A stretch of DNA of 64,000 bases from Clostridia bacterium (GTDB taxonomy: Bacteria > Bacillota > Limnochordia > DTU080 > RSA5): contig PKEX01000001.1 in the NCBI GenBank assembly GCA_002919235.1, forward strand, positions 5,289-69,288, given 5' to 3'. Of the stretch, positions 30,088 to 41,922 are shown piece after piece (positions within the stretch are counted from its first letter, which is position 1; every line of letters starts with the position of its first letter). The notes beneath the pieces were generated by a model. It was not told the origin of the DNA and did no database searches. It saw nothing but the letters and a program-made list of their open reading frames with translations. The translations under genes and the position numbers were made by a program.

Positions 30088-31344
30088 TCAAGGTGCGGTG
30101 CGCCCCGGACCCAGCGCGGCCATGGATCCCAGCGCCCCGATCGCGGTGACCGCCGTCGCGGCCCAGAAGGCGCCCGGCAACCCCCAGAACTCGGCCGCAA
30201 ACCCGGCGAACACGGGCCCGCCGAACATCCCCAGGGCGTAGATGGACTGGAAGAAGCCCATGGCGGTGGCCCTTTTCTCCTCGGGGACCGTCTTGATGGC
30301 AAGGCCCATCAGCACCGGGAAGATCAAGCCGCGGCCGAAGCCTCCCACCGCCTGGGTCACGAAAAGCGGCGGCAGCGCGGCCATGAAGGGAATGGCCAGC
30401 GTCGCAAAGGCCGCCATCCAAAAGCCCGCCACCACCATCTGCCGCTCGTTGAAGCGGCGGGCGAGGAAGCTGCCCGTGCCCAGCGAGGCGATGGCGGTGG
30501 GCAGCGTCGAGACCAGGCTGAGCCAGCCGAGCTGGGCTTTGGTAGCCCCCAGGCCGGCGGCGTAGTTGGGCGTGAACCCGTAGACGGTCACCCACGTGTG
30601 AAACTGGTAGAGCGCCGCCAGGAGCGAGACCGCGAGGAGCGAGCGTTCCCTGCCCACCGCCGTCAGCTCGCCGATGCGCAGGCCCGCTGGCCGGGCGGGG
30701 GCGGCCTCGCGCAAGGGAACGGTGAGAACCAGGCCCACCCCGCCGATCACCGCCGCGCCCCAAAACGGCGCCTGCCAGCCCCAGGCCTCCGCGATGAGCC
30801 CGCCTCCCAGCGTCGCCGCGAGCTGCGTCAGCGTGGTGGCAAAGTTGATCAGGCTCATCGCGTACCCCGCCCGGTGCGGCGGGAAGTAGCTGGAAAACAG
30901 GACCGTGATGACGACCCACATGGTCGCGGCGACGCCGGAGAGCGTCCGCGCGGCCAGCACTCCGTACGGCCCCCGGGAGAGCGCCAGCCCCAGCCCCGCC
31001 AGGACCGCCGCGATATAGCCGGCGGCGATGAACGGCTTGCGCCGCCCGATGCGGTCGGACCAGATGCCCACCGGGATCCGCAGCACCAGCTGGGAAAAGC
31101 CGTACGACGAGACGATCAACCCGAGCAGCGTCATAGAGGCGCCCAGCGTCTCGGCGTAGGGCGTCAGGATGGGCACGTACAGGTACAGGGCACCCCAAAA
31201 GCACGCGACGGCGGCCATGAGAAGCGCCGGGGCCTCTCGGCGGCTCACCCCAGTAGCCGCGCCGGGAAGGGGCCGTTCGCCTGCGGATCCCGCCGCCGGT
31301 GCGGCGGTTTCTCCTTTCGATGCGGGCTTTGCCCGCGCGCGCAT
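30088..31344 (-). CDS. MFS transporter
   Basis: About 12 TM helices; GIWSDRIGRRK motif A. Confidence 0.9.
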   Translation of the reverse strand: MRARAKPASKGETAAPAAGSAGERPLPGAATGVSRREAPALLMAAVACFWGALYLYVPILTPYAETLGASMTLLGLIVSSYGFSQLVLRIPVGIWSDRIGRRKPFIAAGYIAAVLAGLGLALSRGPYGVLAARTLSGVAATMWVVITVLFSSYFPPHRAGYAMSLINFATTLTQLAATLGGGLIAEAWGWQAPFWGAAVIGGVGLVLTVPLREAAPARPAGLRIGELTAVGRERSLLAVSLLAALYQFHTWVTVYGFTPNYAAGLGATKAQLGWLSLVSTLPTAIASLGTGSFLARRFNERQMVVAGFWMAAFATLAIPFMAALPPLFVTQAVGGFGRGLIFPVLMGLAIKTVPEEKRATAMGFFQSIYALGMFGGPVFAGFAAEFWGLPGAFWAATAVTAIGALGSMAALGPGRTAP

Positions 31345-31532
31345 GGTGCAGACCTCCAGTGGGAGCTGTGTCTAAGAGCCGGGAGAGGCTTCGCTCTTCG
31401 CGGCGGGAATCCTGGAGGCGTACAGGCTCCGCCTGTCCCCGTGCGCCCACCGCCAGCTTATGGTAGAATGAAACGTACTCAAGAGCACCTTTCCGGGCTT
31501 GCGAACACCTGCGTCAAGGGGCGAACGTACGC

Positions 31533-33323
<1,791 letters not shown>

Positions 33324-33455
33324 CCCGCCGGCGGGCCCGGTCTCACGCACAGCGGCGGGCCGGAAGGCCCGGGGAGGCCCTTTGCCCGGGCGGGGAGAAA
33401 TCACTCGTCCAAGAAACCCGCACGTCGCATCCAGAAGCCGAAGGAGGCGGCCCCC

Positions 33456-35465
33456 ATGACCTGTTTTGCCACCCGCGACCCGGCCATGTACGAAGTGATT
33501 ACCCACGCCCCCGGCCCGCAGGGACGGCTGCCGTTCACCCGGGAGATGCTGCTTTCGGCCCCCAGCGGCGACCTTTTCGGCTTGATGCAGAACGCCGGCA
33601 TGGGCTGGGACCCCGCCGCCGTCACGGGGAAGCAGTTTCTCATCCTGAGCACCATGGGAGGCCTGCGGGCCCCCGACGGCACGCCCATCGCCCTGGGGTA
33701 CCACACCGGCCACTGGGAAGTGGGGCTTCTGGTCAAAGAGTGCGCCGACGCCCTGCGCGCCATGGGCCACATCCCGTACGCCGCCTACTGCAGCGACCCG
33801 TGCGACGGCCGCAGCCAGGGCACCGAAGGCATGTTTGACAGCCTTCCCTACCGCAACGACGCCGCCGTGGTCCTCCGGCGGCTGATCCGGAGCCTGCCCC
33901 GGCGAAGGGGCGTCATCGGGATCGCCACGTGCGACAAGGGCCTGCCCGCGATGATGATGGCCCTGGCGTCCATGAGGGAGCTCCCGTGCGTGATCGTGCC
34001 GGGCGGCGTCACGCTCCCGCCCACCCGGGGCGAGGACGCGGGGCGGGTCCAGAGCATCGGCGCCCGCTTCGCCCACGGCGAGATCACGCTGGAGGAAGCC
34101 GCGGAGGCGGGCTGCCACGCCTGCGCGTCGCCGGGCGGGGGCTGCCAGTTCCTCGGCACCGCGGCCACGGCGCAGGTGGTGGCCGAAGCGCTGGGCCTCG
34201 CGCCGCCCCACTCGGCGCTGGCCCCGTCGGGGCAGGCCATCTGGCTCGACGCCGCCCGCCGGGCGGCGGAGTGCGTCGCCGCAATGGAGGCGCGCGGCCT
34301 CACCGTAGGCGACATCCTGACCGAAGCGGCGCTGCACAACGCCATGGCGGTCCACGCCGCCTTCGGCGGCTCCACCAACCTGCTGCTGCACCTTCCCGCC
34401 GTCGCGCACGCGGCGGGGCTGCGCCGGCCCACGGTTCACGACTGGATCGACGTCAACCGCCGGGTGCCCCGCATCGTCGACGTGCTGCCCAACGGGCCCG
34501 TGGGCCACCCCACGGTCCGGGCCTACCTTGCCGGCGGCGTGCCCGAAGTGATGCTGCACCTGCGGCGCTTGGGGCTCATCGACGAAAGCTGCCTCACGGT
34601 CACGGGCAAGACGTGGAAAGAAGTGCTGGACGAATGGGAGAGCTCGGAGCGGCGGGCGGCGCTCTGGCGGCGCCTTTCCGAAGCCGACGGCGTCGCCCCG
34701 GACGACGTGATCATGGCGCCGGACGTGGCCAAGGCCCGGGGCCTCACCAGCACCGTCACCTTTCCCGTGGGCAATCTCGCTCCCGAAGGCTCGGTGATCA
34801 AGAGCACCGCCATCGACCCCAGCGTCGTGGACGAAGACGGGGTCTACCGGCACGTGGGCCCGGCCCGGGTCTTCACCAGCGAAAGGGCGGCCATCGCCGC
34901 CGTCAAGGACCCGGGGCCGAACGGCATCAAGCCGGGCGACGTCATCGTCCTGATCGGCCGGGGGCCGCTGGGCTCGGGGATGGAAGAGACCGCCCAGATC
35001 ACCATCGCCCTGCGCTACCTGCCTTTCGGCAAGCACGTCGCCATCTTGACCGACGCCCGCTTTTCGGGCGTCTCTACGGGCGCCTGCATCGGCCACATCG
35101 GGCCCGAAGCCCTGGCGGGCGGGCCCATCGGCAAAGTGCGGGACGGCGACCTGATCGAGATCGTCATCGACCGGAACAACCTGACCGGCAGCATCAACCT
35201 GGTGGGCACGGGCGACAAGCGCCTCTCGCCCGAAGAAGCCCAGGCCCTGCTCGACAGCCGCCCGCCCCACCCGGACCTGGCGCCCGACCCCGCCCTGCCC
35301 GCCGAGACCCGGCTCTGGGCGGCGCTGCAGCAGGTGAGCGGCGGTACGTGGGGCGGTTCCGTGTACGACGTGGACGCGATCATCGCCACGCTGGAAGCCG
35401 GGCGCCGTGCCCTGGAGGAGCAGAAAAGGCGGGACGCCCCCAGCCGGCCGGGGCTCGCCGGCTGA
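33456..35465 (+). CDS. YjhG/YagF-family sugar-acid (D-xylonate-type) dehydratase, IlvD/Edd superfamily
   Basis: [53 protein letters not shown] and [11 protein letters not shown]. Confidence 0.9.
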   Translation: MTCFATRDPAMYEVITHAPGPQGRLPFTREMLLSAPSGDLFGLMQNAGMGWDPAAVTGKQFLILSTMGGLRAPDGTPIALGYHTGHWEVGLLVKECADALRAMGHIPYAAYCSDPCDGRSQGTEGMFDSLPYRNDAAVVLRRLIRSLPRRRGVIGIATCDKGLPAMMMALASMRELPCVIVPGGVTLPPTRGEDAGRVQSIGARFAHGEITLEEAAEAGCHACASPGGGCQFLGTAATAQVVAEALGLAPPHSALAPSGQAIWLDAARRAAECVAAMEARGLTVGDILTEAALHNAMAVHAAFGGSTNLLLHLPAVAHAAGLRRPTVHDWIDVNRRVPRIVDVLPNGPVGHPTVRAYLAGGVPEVMLHLRRLGLIDESCLTVTGKTWKEVLDEWESSERRAALWRRLSEADGVAPDDVIMAPDVAKARGLTSTVTFPVGNLAPEGSVIKSTAIDPSVVDEDGVYRHVGPARVFTSERAAIAAVKDPGPNGIKPGDVIVLIGRGPLGSGMEETAQITIALRYLPFGKHVAILTDARFSGVSTGACIGHIGPEALAGGPIGKVRDGDLIEIVIDRNNLTGSINLVGTGDKRLSPEEAQALLDSRPPHPDLAPDPALPAETRLWAALQQVSGGTWGGSVYDVDAIIATLEAGRRALEEQKRRDAPSRPGLAG

Positions 35466-35475
35466 GATCCCGCGC

Positions 35476-36417
35476 TCAGTAGCCCAGGTCGAGGTCGACT
35501 TCGTTCATCAGGGGCTCGCCGGCGACAAACCGGCGGAAGTTTTCAAGGAAAAGCTCCGCGGCCTTGTCGTTGTCCCACGGTGTATCGGCGCCCACGTGCG
35601 GCGTGATGAGCACGTTCTCCATGGTCCAGAGGGGATCGCCCTCAGGGAGCGGCTCTTCCACGAACACGTCCAGGCCCGCGCCGCCCAGGTGGCCGCTGCG
35701 CAAGGCTTCCACCAGCGCCGCCTGGTCGATGACGGCGCCCCGCCCGATGTTGTAGACGAACGCGCCCCGGGGCAGCAGCGAAAGTCGCCGGGCGTCGATC
35801 ATTCCCCGGGTCTCGGCGGTGAGCGGCAGGGTGATCGCGAGGTGCTTTGTCTCGGGCAGCACTTCGTCCAGCTCGGCCGGGGAAACCACCCGATCCACGC
35901 CCTCCACGGCTTCGGGCCGCCGTTTCACGCCGATGATCCGCATCCCGAAGGCCTTGGCCCGGCTCACCACCTGCCGTCCGAGGTCGCCGAGGCCGAGGAC
36001 GCAGAGGGTTTCCCCCTTCAGCAGCCGGGCGTGCTCGATCTCCCGGATCCAGGCTCGTTTCCTTTGATTCCGCCCGAACACGTGCAGGCCCCGGGCGAAG
36101 TAGAGCATCATCGCCAGGACGTGCTCACCCCCGGCGACCCCGTATACCCCCGAAGCATTGGTGAGCTTCACGTGCCTCGGGAAGGGGATCTCCTTTCCCA
36201 GCAGATGGTCGACGCCGGCCGAGTGCGTCTGCACCCAGCGAAGTCGCGGCTGCGCCGCGATGTACTCCACGGGCGCCGGACCGAACAGCACCTCCGGTTC
36301 CACCGCTGCCGTGCGGGCGTCTGAAGCGAAGACCGCCTTCCCTCCCAAGCTTTCGATGCGCTCCGCCACCCGCCGCCGCATGTCATCGCCCAGCGAGACA
36401 GTGACCAGCACGATCAC
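35476..36417 (-). CDS. D-2-hydroxyacid dehydrogenase family protein
   Basis: WVQTHSAGVDH, LGLGDLG, NIGRG, GAGLDVFVEEPL and ITPHVG. Confidence 0.92.
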   Translation of the reverse strand: MIVLVTVSLGDDMRRRVAERIESLGGKAVFASDARTAAVEPEVLFGPAPVEYIAAQPRLRWVQTHSAGVDHLLGKEIPFPRHVKLTNASGVYGVAGGEHVLAMMLYFARGLHVFGRNQRKRAWIREIEHARLLKGETLCVLGLGDLGRQVVSRAKAFGMRIIGVKRRPEAVEGVDRVVSPAELDEVLPETKHLAITLPLTAETRGMIDARRLSLLPRGAFVYNIGRGAVIDQAALVEALRSGHLGGAGLDVFVEEPLPEGDPLWTMENVLITPHVGADTPWDNDKAAELFLENFRRFVAGEPLMNEVDLDLGY

Positions 36418-36580
36418 GCCGATTCCCCCTCACACCGCCTCGCTTCGCCGCCGGGGAGGCGTACCCTGTCGCGGAAAGCGGCGACCGTCGCGGCTGGCCG
36501 CAAGAGCACGCGCCGGCGGGGGCACGACGGGGCTCGCGCCGGGCCCCATCGCGGGCAGTCGCGAGCCTGCCGGCAGCGGC

Positions 36581-36884
36581 CGCCCACATCTGGGCGTTCT
36601 CCGGGCCTGCGCCGCCCATCCGTGAGCAGCCGCGCCGCTCTCCGCGCCCGGGAATGGGCAACTTCGGGCTTTGTGATCACATTCACCCACTCGGACAAGA
36701 GGGCACCCCGCATCTCGCTGGGGTTAGCAAGGAACGACCATGCTGCGGCACGCGTTCCCTCACAACGGGACGGGACGTTGCTCACATTTGGGCGCCGCGC
36801 ACAGCCCTCCTGCCCATCCGTGGGCAGCAAGCCGCCTCACGACGCCCACATCCGGGCACCGAGCAAGCCGGCACCTGTGATCAC
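36581..36884. repeat. Array of six 16-bp imperfect palindromes (YGCYCR-N4-YGRGCR) in two triplets at a 32-bp period, each triplet followed by TGTGATCAC
   Basis: Boxes start at 36581, 36613, 36645 and at 36779, 36811, 36843; TGTGATCAC at 36672 and 36876. Confidence 0.8.
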
Positions 36885-36968
36885 TTTTGCATATAACCCG
36901 TCTCCCCGCGCCGCGTCGCCCGGGATCCAAGCCGTTGCCCCCAGCTTCCGGCGCCACGCTGCCCCGCC

Positions 36969-38774
36969 TCACCGGGCGGGACCGGACGAAGGCACGCCGT
37001 GCATCACGGCACGGACCGGCTGCGCCTGGCCTTTGTCGATGAGCCGGTGGATCTCTCCTGCCCTGAGGTAGAGGGGGTTGAGCCACTTCAGATAGAACAA
37101 CAGCGGCGCCGCGGCGAGCACCGGGAGGATGACCCGCACGGCGACGCGGTAGAGCCAGAGCCCCGGCCGCCGCAGCGCGACCGCGACCCGGCCCAACTGC
37201 TCCGCGGAGCGAGCCACCCACCAGCGGCCGAAAAACGCCAGCAGCACCGCGCCGAACACCCACCCGGCCGCCTCGCCCCACGTCGGTACGGACGCCGGAT
37301 CAATCACGGGCCGCTGGAGCGCGTCACGGTAGATCCAGAGGAGCCAGAGCGCCAGCGCCGTCAGCCCGCCGGCGCACCCCGCGGCCAGGCTGGGGTAAAG
37401 CGAAAAGATCTTGAACACGTTGAACGACGCGATCCGAAGCAGCCGCAGGTACTCTTCCGTCGGGCGCTCAAGGAGCGGCGCCACGGCAAAGAACGGCCAA
37501 TCCGCCACCGCCACCTCTCCCCGCGCGCGCCAGATCCCCTCCGCCTGCGGCAGCTGGGAAGCGGTGATGAAGTAGCCGTTGCACATCAGTGAGTACGCTT
37601 CGGCATCGTTGAAAGCGTCCAAGTCCGTCCGGATCCGGGAGAGGGCCCACTGCACTTCGGGTGCGGTCTTCTGCCCGGCCAGCGTCGTCGAGCGAGGCGC
37701 TCCCGCCCCGATCACCCGCCTGGCGTGGTCGTAGTAGGCGACGGATTCGGGTTCCAGCCCTTTACGCAGGTGGACCAGGCACGCCTCGCGGCCCTCGATC
37801 CCCGCCAGCACCGCCTCGAGCTGCTCTTCCCGCACCCGGCTCATCAAGATGGCGTTGGCCCGGGGCAGCACCGAAAGGATGCTGGTCCCCGGGTTGCGCT
37901 CGCCGTCCATCTGCCCGCTGCCGTCGCTGATGATCAGGTAGTCGCAGCCCCGGTCCAGCAGGCCCTGCACTCCCTGGTTGTCGTGGACGCCGCCGTCCAC
38001 CAGCTGGATGCGGACGCCCTCATAGAGCCGGCTGATGGAAAGCGGGTAAAAGAGGCCCGGGACAGCCGCGGAGGCCGCCACCGCGTGGCCCAGCTCGATG
38101 TCCTGCTGGTCGGGAGTGAGTCTACAGTAACTCCTCGGCCGCGGAAGCCGCATCCGCTTGTCGAGCTCCCGCCTGATGGGATCGTCCACGGGCGGCTCGC
38201 CCATGCGGGTCGCTTCGAACCGCCAGTTGCGGCCCGTGTTGAGGGTAGTGGCGTTGATCAGCAGCACCGGCACCTTGGCCAGGCGCCGCCCGTTGTGCCG
38301 CTCCGGGTGAAACCCCGGCGACTCCCCCTTCGGCTGGATGATCAATTCCCGCATCTGCACCGGGGTGCTCCTCGGGCCCATCAGCGGGCGGTAAAAGAGC
38401 TCGTCCAGGAGCTCGCCCAGGCGATCGGTGCGGGAGTAATCGGGCCTTCGAAACCGCAGGTTCTTGACGGGATTGACAAACGTCAGCAGCCGGACGTTCT
38501 TCTGCACGGCGGCGAGGAACTCGTCCAGCATCTCCCGCACCAGCTGCTGGTAGTCGGCCCGGGTGATCTCCCGGTCGGCTTTCGACTCCAGCAGCCGCTT
38601 GAGCTTGAGATAATAGTAGGCTCCTACGATGGAGCCCCCGGAGACGGTGGAGATCACTTCGATTTTCCGCAAGAGATCACAGTCGGCGAGCCGCGCTAAG
38701 ACGCCGATGTGAAAGAGCGACGCCCGGAACCCGCCCCCGGACAAGGCGAGGCCCAGCTTGGGCTCACGCGCCAT
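36969..38774 (-). CDS. Patatin-like phospholipase with C-terminal transmembrane helices
   Basis: LALSGGGFRA oxyanion loop, STVSGGS nucleophile elbow, ASAAVP and LVDGGVHDNQG; hydrophobic C-terminus. Confidence 0.9.
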   Translation of the reverse strand: MAREPKLGLALSGGGFRASLFHIGVLARLADCDLLRKIEVISTVSGGSIVGAYYYLKLKRLLESKADREITRADYQQLVREMLDEFLAAVQKNVRLLTFVNPVKNLRFRRPDYSRTDRLGELLDELFYRPLMGPRSTPVQMRELIIQPKGESPGFHPERHNGRRLAKVPVLLINATTLNTGRNWRFEATRMGEPPVDDPIRRELDKRMRLPRPRSYCRLTPDQQDIELGHAVAASAAVPGLFYPLSISRLYEGVRIQLVDGGVHDNQGVQGLLDRGCDYLIISDGSGQMDGERNPGTSILSVLPRANAILMSRVREEQLEAVLAGIEGREACLVHLRKGLEPESVAYYDHARRVIGAGAPRSTTLAGQKTAPEVQWALSRIRTDLDAFNDAEAYSLMCNGYFITASQLPQAEGIWRARGEVAVADWPFFAVAPLLERPTEEYLRLLRIASFNVFKIFSLYPSLAAGCAGGLTALALWLLWIYRDALQRPVIDPASVPTWGEAAGWVFGAVLLAFFGRWWVARSAEQLGRVAVALRRPGLWLYRVAVRVILPVLAAAPLLFYLKWLNPLYLRAGEIHRLIDKGQAQPVRAVMHGVPSSGPAR

Positions 38775-38980
38775 GAAGTCCCTGCCTCCTCCATCTTCTT
38801 GGTCGCCGCCGCCCTTGGGCCGGCGGGCCTAGCGATCGAGGAAATGTGCCCGCCGCGCGCTGCAGCCTGCGGCGGGCACGGCAATCCGGGTCGGCACCGC
38901 TGGACGAGCCCGTTTACCGACTACTCGCTCAATTCTATGTTCCCTTTTTATTTTTCTTGCTAAGAGGAAAAACGACCGGT

Positions 38981-39019
38981 TGTGTGGAAAAAGCGGTCAC
39001 GAACTCACATTTTCACACA
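38981..39019. promoter_or_regulatory. Candidate operator (probably for the DeoR regulator) in the AT-rich promoter of the iolB-led operon
   Basis: Inverted repeat TGTGTG(G)AAAA...TTTTCACACA, with TCAC repeated at 38997, 39005 and 39013. Confidence 0.45.
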
Positions 39020-39049
39020 TACGCCGTGAGTGTTTAGGGAGGAACAGCC

Positions 39050-39859
39050 ATGGATCTCTTGCGCTCGGTGCCACCCGGAACGGGGCACACCCGCCTCTTC
39101 GCCCCGGGCGACGCCGGCCTTTCCGAACTGGGTCTCGACGTCATCCGGCTCGGTCCCGGTGAGAGCTACTCGGGAGAAAGCGGCAGCCGGGAGGTGGCCG
39201 CGGTCATCCTTTCGGGCACCGTCGACGCGACCGTAGGCGGCCAGCGCTTTGCGGGCCTCGGCGGGCGGCCGAGCGTGTTCGCGGGAAAGGCCACCGCCGT
39301 GTACATCCCGGCGGGGGGCGCCTACACCTTGATCGCCTCGGGAGGCGGCGCGGCGGAGATCGCCCTCTGCAGCGCCCCGGGCGGCGAGCCGGGCGCGTAC
39401 GCGCCCTACGTGGTCACCCCGGACCAAGTGGTGGTGCACGACCGGGGCCAGGGCGCGTTCCGCCGGCAGGTGCACGACATCATCACGGAAGACCGCCCGG
39501 CGCACCGGCTGGTGGTGGGCGAGACCTTCAACGAGCCGGGCATGTGGTCCAGCTACCCTCCGCACAAGCACGACGTGGACCGCCCGCCCGTCGAGTACAG
39601 GATGGAGGAAATTTACCTCTTTAAGCTCGACCCGCCCCAGGGCTTCGGCCTTCAGGCCCTCTACTCCAAGGATCCCGCCCGGCCGCTGAACCAGGCGTAC
39701 ATCGTGCGGAGCGACGACGCCGTCGCCCTGCCTTACGGCTACCACCCCGTGGCGGCGGCGCCGGGCTACCGCCTCTACTACCTGTGGTTCCTGTCGGGGA
39801 GCACCCGCAAGCTGGTCCCCCACGACGATCCGGACCACGCCTGGGTCAAGAACGTCTAA
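39050..39859 (+). CDS. iolB: 5-deoxy-glucuronate isomerase-like protein (IolB/KduI family)
   Basis: GGRPSVF....AVYIP, LVVGETF..PG.WSSYPPHKHD, EEIY and GYHPVAAAPGY..YYLW. Confidence 0.88.
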   Translation: MDLLRSVPPGTGHTRLFAPGDAGLSELGLDVIRLGPGESYSGESGSREVAAVILSGTVDATVGGQRFAGLGGRPSVFAGKATAVYIPAGGAYTLIASGGGAAEIALCSAPGGEPGAYAPYVVTPDQVVVHDRGQGAFRRQVHDIITEDRPAHRLVVGETFNEPGMWSSYPPHKHDVDRPPVEYRMEEIYLFKLDPPQGFGLQALYSKDPARPLNQAYIVRSDDAVALPYGYHPVAAAPGYRLYYLWFLSGSTRKLVPHDDPDHAWVKNV

Positions 39860-39897
39860 CGACCCCCGGCGGGCAAAGGAGGCACAGACGACGCGTC

Positions 39898-41922
39898 ATG
39901 GCGCTCGAAACCAACGTCATCAGCATCGTCCATCCCATGGCCTTCCCCGGTCCCGGCAACACCAAAGCGACGCAGCGGGGCCAGGCGCCGGCCGCGTACC
40001 TTTTGAACAGCATCCGGCGGATCATCGACGATCCCTACTTCCGGGGCATCGAAATCACGCAGATCAAGGACCCCGAGCTGCGGGCCGAAGTGGCCCGGCT
40101 CCTGCGGGAGGCCGGCGTGGAGGTCACCTACAGCGCCCAGCCGGTCCAGCTCCTCAATGAAGACGAGTTCATCGACCCCACCGACATCAGCAGCCTCGAC
40201 GAGGTGAACCGGCGCCGGGCCATCGACCGCCTCAAGGCGTGCATCGACGAGGCGCTGGAGATCGGCGCGGTGCGGATCGGCATCATCAGCGGCAAGGATC
40301 CGGGGGCGGCGCACCGGATGTCGGCCATCGAGGCGCTGATCCTGTCCCTTGACGAGCTGTGCGCCTACGCGGCCGAGCGCTCGCGGGAGCTGGGGCGAAA
40401 GCCCCTGGAGATCTCCCTCGAGCTCTTCGACCGGCGCGACGAGCCGGGCTGCAAGCACCAGCTCATCGGTCCCGCCCGGGAGGCCGTCAAAGTGGCGCAC
40501 GCCGTCCGCAAGCAGCTGGGACACGCCAACTTCGGCCTCATGTACGACCTGAGCCACATGCCGCTCCTGGACGGCGAAGGGCTGCAGAGCGAGACGCCGG
40601 CGGTGCTCAAGCTCCTCGCCCCCTACCTCAACCACGTCCACATCGGCTCGTGCGTCCTGGACAAGAGCAGCCCCCTCTACGGGGACACGCACCCGTCGTT
40701 CGACCATCCCGACAGCTACGTGGGGCAGGAGCTCCTCGCGGCCTTCGTCAAGGAGCTGCACGAGATCGGCTGGAAAGGCGGCATCGGCTTTGAAGTGATG
40801 CCCCACGGCGACCAGCTGCCCGAAGCGGTGATCGAGAGCACCAAGGCGTACTTCAACGTGGCCCGCTCCCGCCTGGACGTCAACTACGCGCTGGGCACCT
40901 ACGCCTTCTCGGCCCGCCGCTTCCTGCCGGAGTACCTCTTCGACCGCCTGAGCCGGGCGCGGCTTTCCCGCCGCGAGGCGATCCGCGAGGCGGCCGCGGC
41001 CCGGGTGCGGCGAGAGCACATCGCCCCCGACGGCAAGCTCCTCATCCTGGCCGCCGACCACCCCGCCCGCTACGTCACCGGCGTGGGCGACGATCCCGTG
41101 CGCATGGGCGACCGCCTCGAATACTTGGCCCGCATCGTGCGGATCCTCAAGAGCCCGCTGGTGGACGGGGTCATGGCGACGCCGGACATCTTCGACGAGC
41201 TGTTCCTCATCGACTACCTTCTCAAAGAGGCGGGCAAGGAGTCGCTCTTGGACGGCAAAGTGATGATCGGCTCGATGAACCGCACGGGCCTGGCCGGCCT
41301 CGAGCACGAGATGGACGACCGGATCAGCTCCTATACGCCCCAGCGCCTCAAAGAGCTGCGCCTCGACGGCGGCAAGATGCTCTTTCGCATCGATCCCGAC
41401 CGCAATTCCCGCTACTCCATCGCCACCATCTACTCGTGCGCCAAGGCGGTGGAGGAGTGCGACGAACTGGGGCTCGACGTGTTCCTCGAGCCGCTGCCGG
41501 TCCAGCGGAAGGAGAGCGGCTACGAGGTGGAGATGACGGCCGAGGCGCTGATCAAAGCGGTGGGCGTCGCCACGGCCCTGGGCGGCTCGTCCACCCGCAT
41601 GTGGATCAAGATCCCTTACGTGGACGGGTACCACCGCGTCGCCCGCTCCACGACGCTGCCCATCCTGATGCTGGGCGGCGCCGCCACGGGCAACCCGCTC
41701 CAGCTCATCCAGAGCTTCGAGCGGGGCCTGGGCGAAGGGGACAACGTGCGCGGGGCCATGGTGGGCCGCAACGTCCTCTTCCCCGGCGACGACGACCCCT
41801 TTGCCGTCGCCGAGGCCGTGGGCCTCTTGATTCACCGGAGCGCCTCGGCGGCTGAGGCGGTGCAGCACCTCGCTCAGGTGCGCGGCCGGGACATGGAGTG
41901 GCTGAAGGAGAGCCTTGCGTGA
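39898..41922 (+). CDS. Two-domain protein: xylose-isomerase-like TIM-barrel sugar epimerase/isomerase fused to a Cgl0159-like class I aldolase-type barrel
   Basis: N-terminal half SIVHPMAFP...LELFD...DLSHMP...HVHIG...YGDTHP...FEV (metal-site pattern); C-terminal half LAADHPAR...DGVMAT.D...GSMNR.GLAG..EMDD...GGKML...FLEPL...WIKIP...LMLGG...VGRN. Confidence 0.8.
   Translation: MALETNVISIVHPMAFPGPGNTKATQRGQAPAAYLLNSIRRIIDDPYFRGIEITQIKDPELRAEVARLLREAGVEVTYSAQPVQLLNEDEFIDPTDISSLDEVNRRRAIDRLKACIDEALEIGAVRIGIISGKDPGAAHRMSAIEALILSLDELCAYAAERSRELGRKPLEISLELFDRRDEPGCKHQLIGPAREAVKVAHAVRKQLGHANFGLMYDLSHMPLLDGEGLQSETPAVLKLLAPYLNHVHIGSCVLDKSSPLYGDTHPSFDHPDSYVGQELLAAFVKELHEIGWKGGIGFEVMPHGDQLPEAVIESTKAYFNVARSRLDVNYALGTYAFSARRFLPEYLFDRLSRARLSRREAIREAAAARVRREHIAPDGKLLILAADHPARYVTGVGDDPVRMGDRLEYLARIVRILKSPLVDGVMATPDIFDELFLIDYLLKEAGKESLLDGKVMIGSMNRTGLAGLEHEMDDRISSYTPQRLKELRLDGGKMLFRIDPDRNSRYSIATIYSCAKAVEECDELGLDVFLEPLPVQRKESGYEVEMTAEALIKAVGVATALGGSSTRMWIKIPYVDGYHRVARSTTLPILMLGGAATGNPLQLIQSFERGLGEGDNVRGAMVGRNVLFPGDDDPFAVAEAVGLLIHRSASAAEAVQHLAQVRGRDMEWLKESLA

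Noticed and set aside
36672..36687. TGTGA-N6-TCACC as a CRP box
   Set aside because: It is a near match, but it lies about 250 bp from the nearest start, and the second TGTGATCAC copy lacks the right half-site. It is better explained as part of the repeat unit.
36581..36858. Palindrome array as a CRISPR array
   Set aside because: The 16-bp repeats and 16-bp spacers are too short, the repeats are degenerate, and there are no cas genes in the window.
36383..37071. Several short ORFs across the patatin-dehydrogenase gap
   Set aside because: They have no RBS or recognisable motifs, and the 32-bp periodicity does not fit a coding repeat.
36969..38774. Patatin as part of a CBASS or other multi-gene defence operon
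   Set aside because: No nucleotide cyclase, Cap or other defence genes are adjacent. It is kept only as a single-gene hypothesis.
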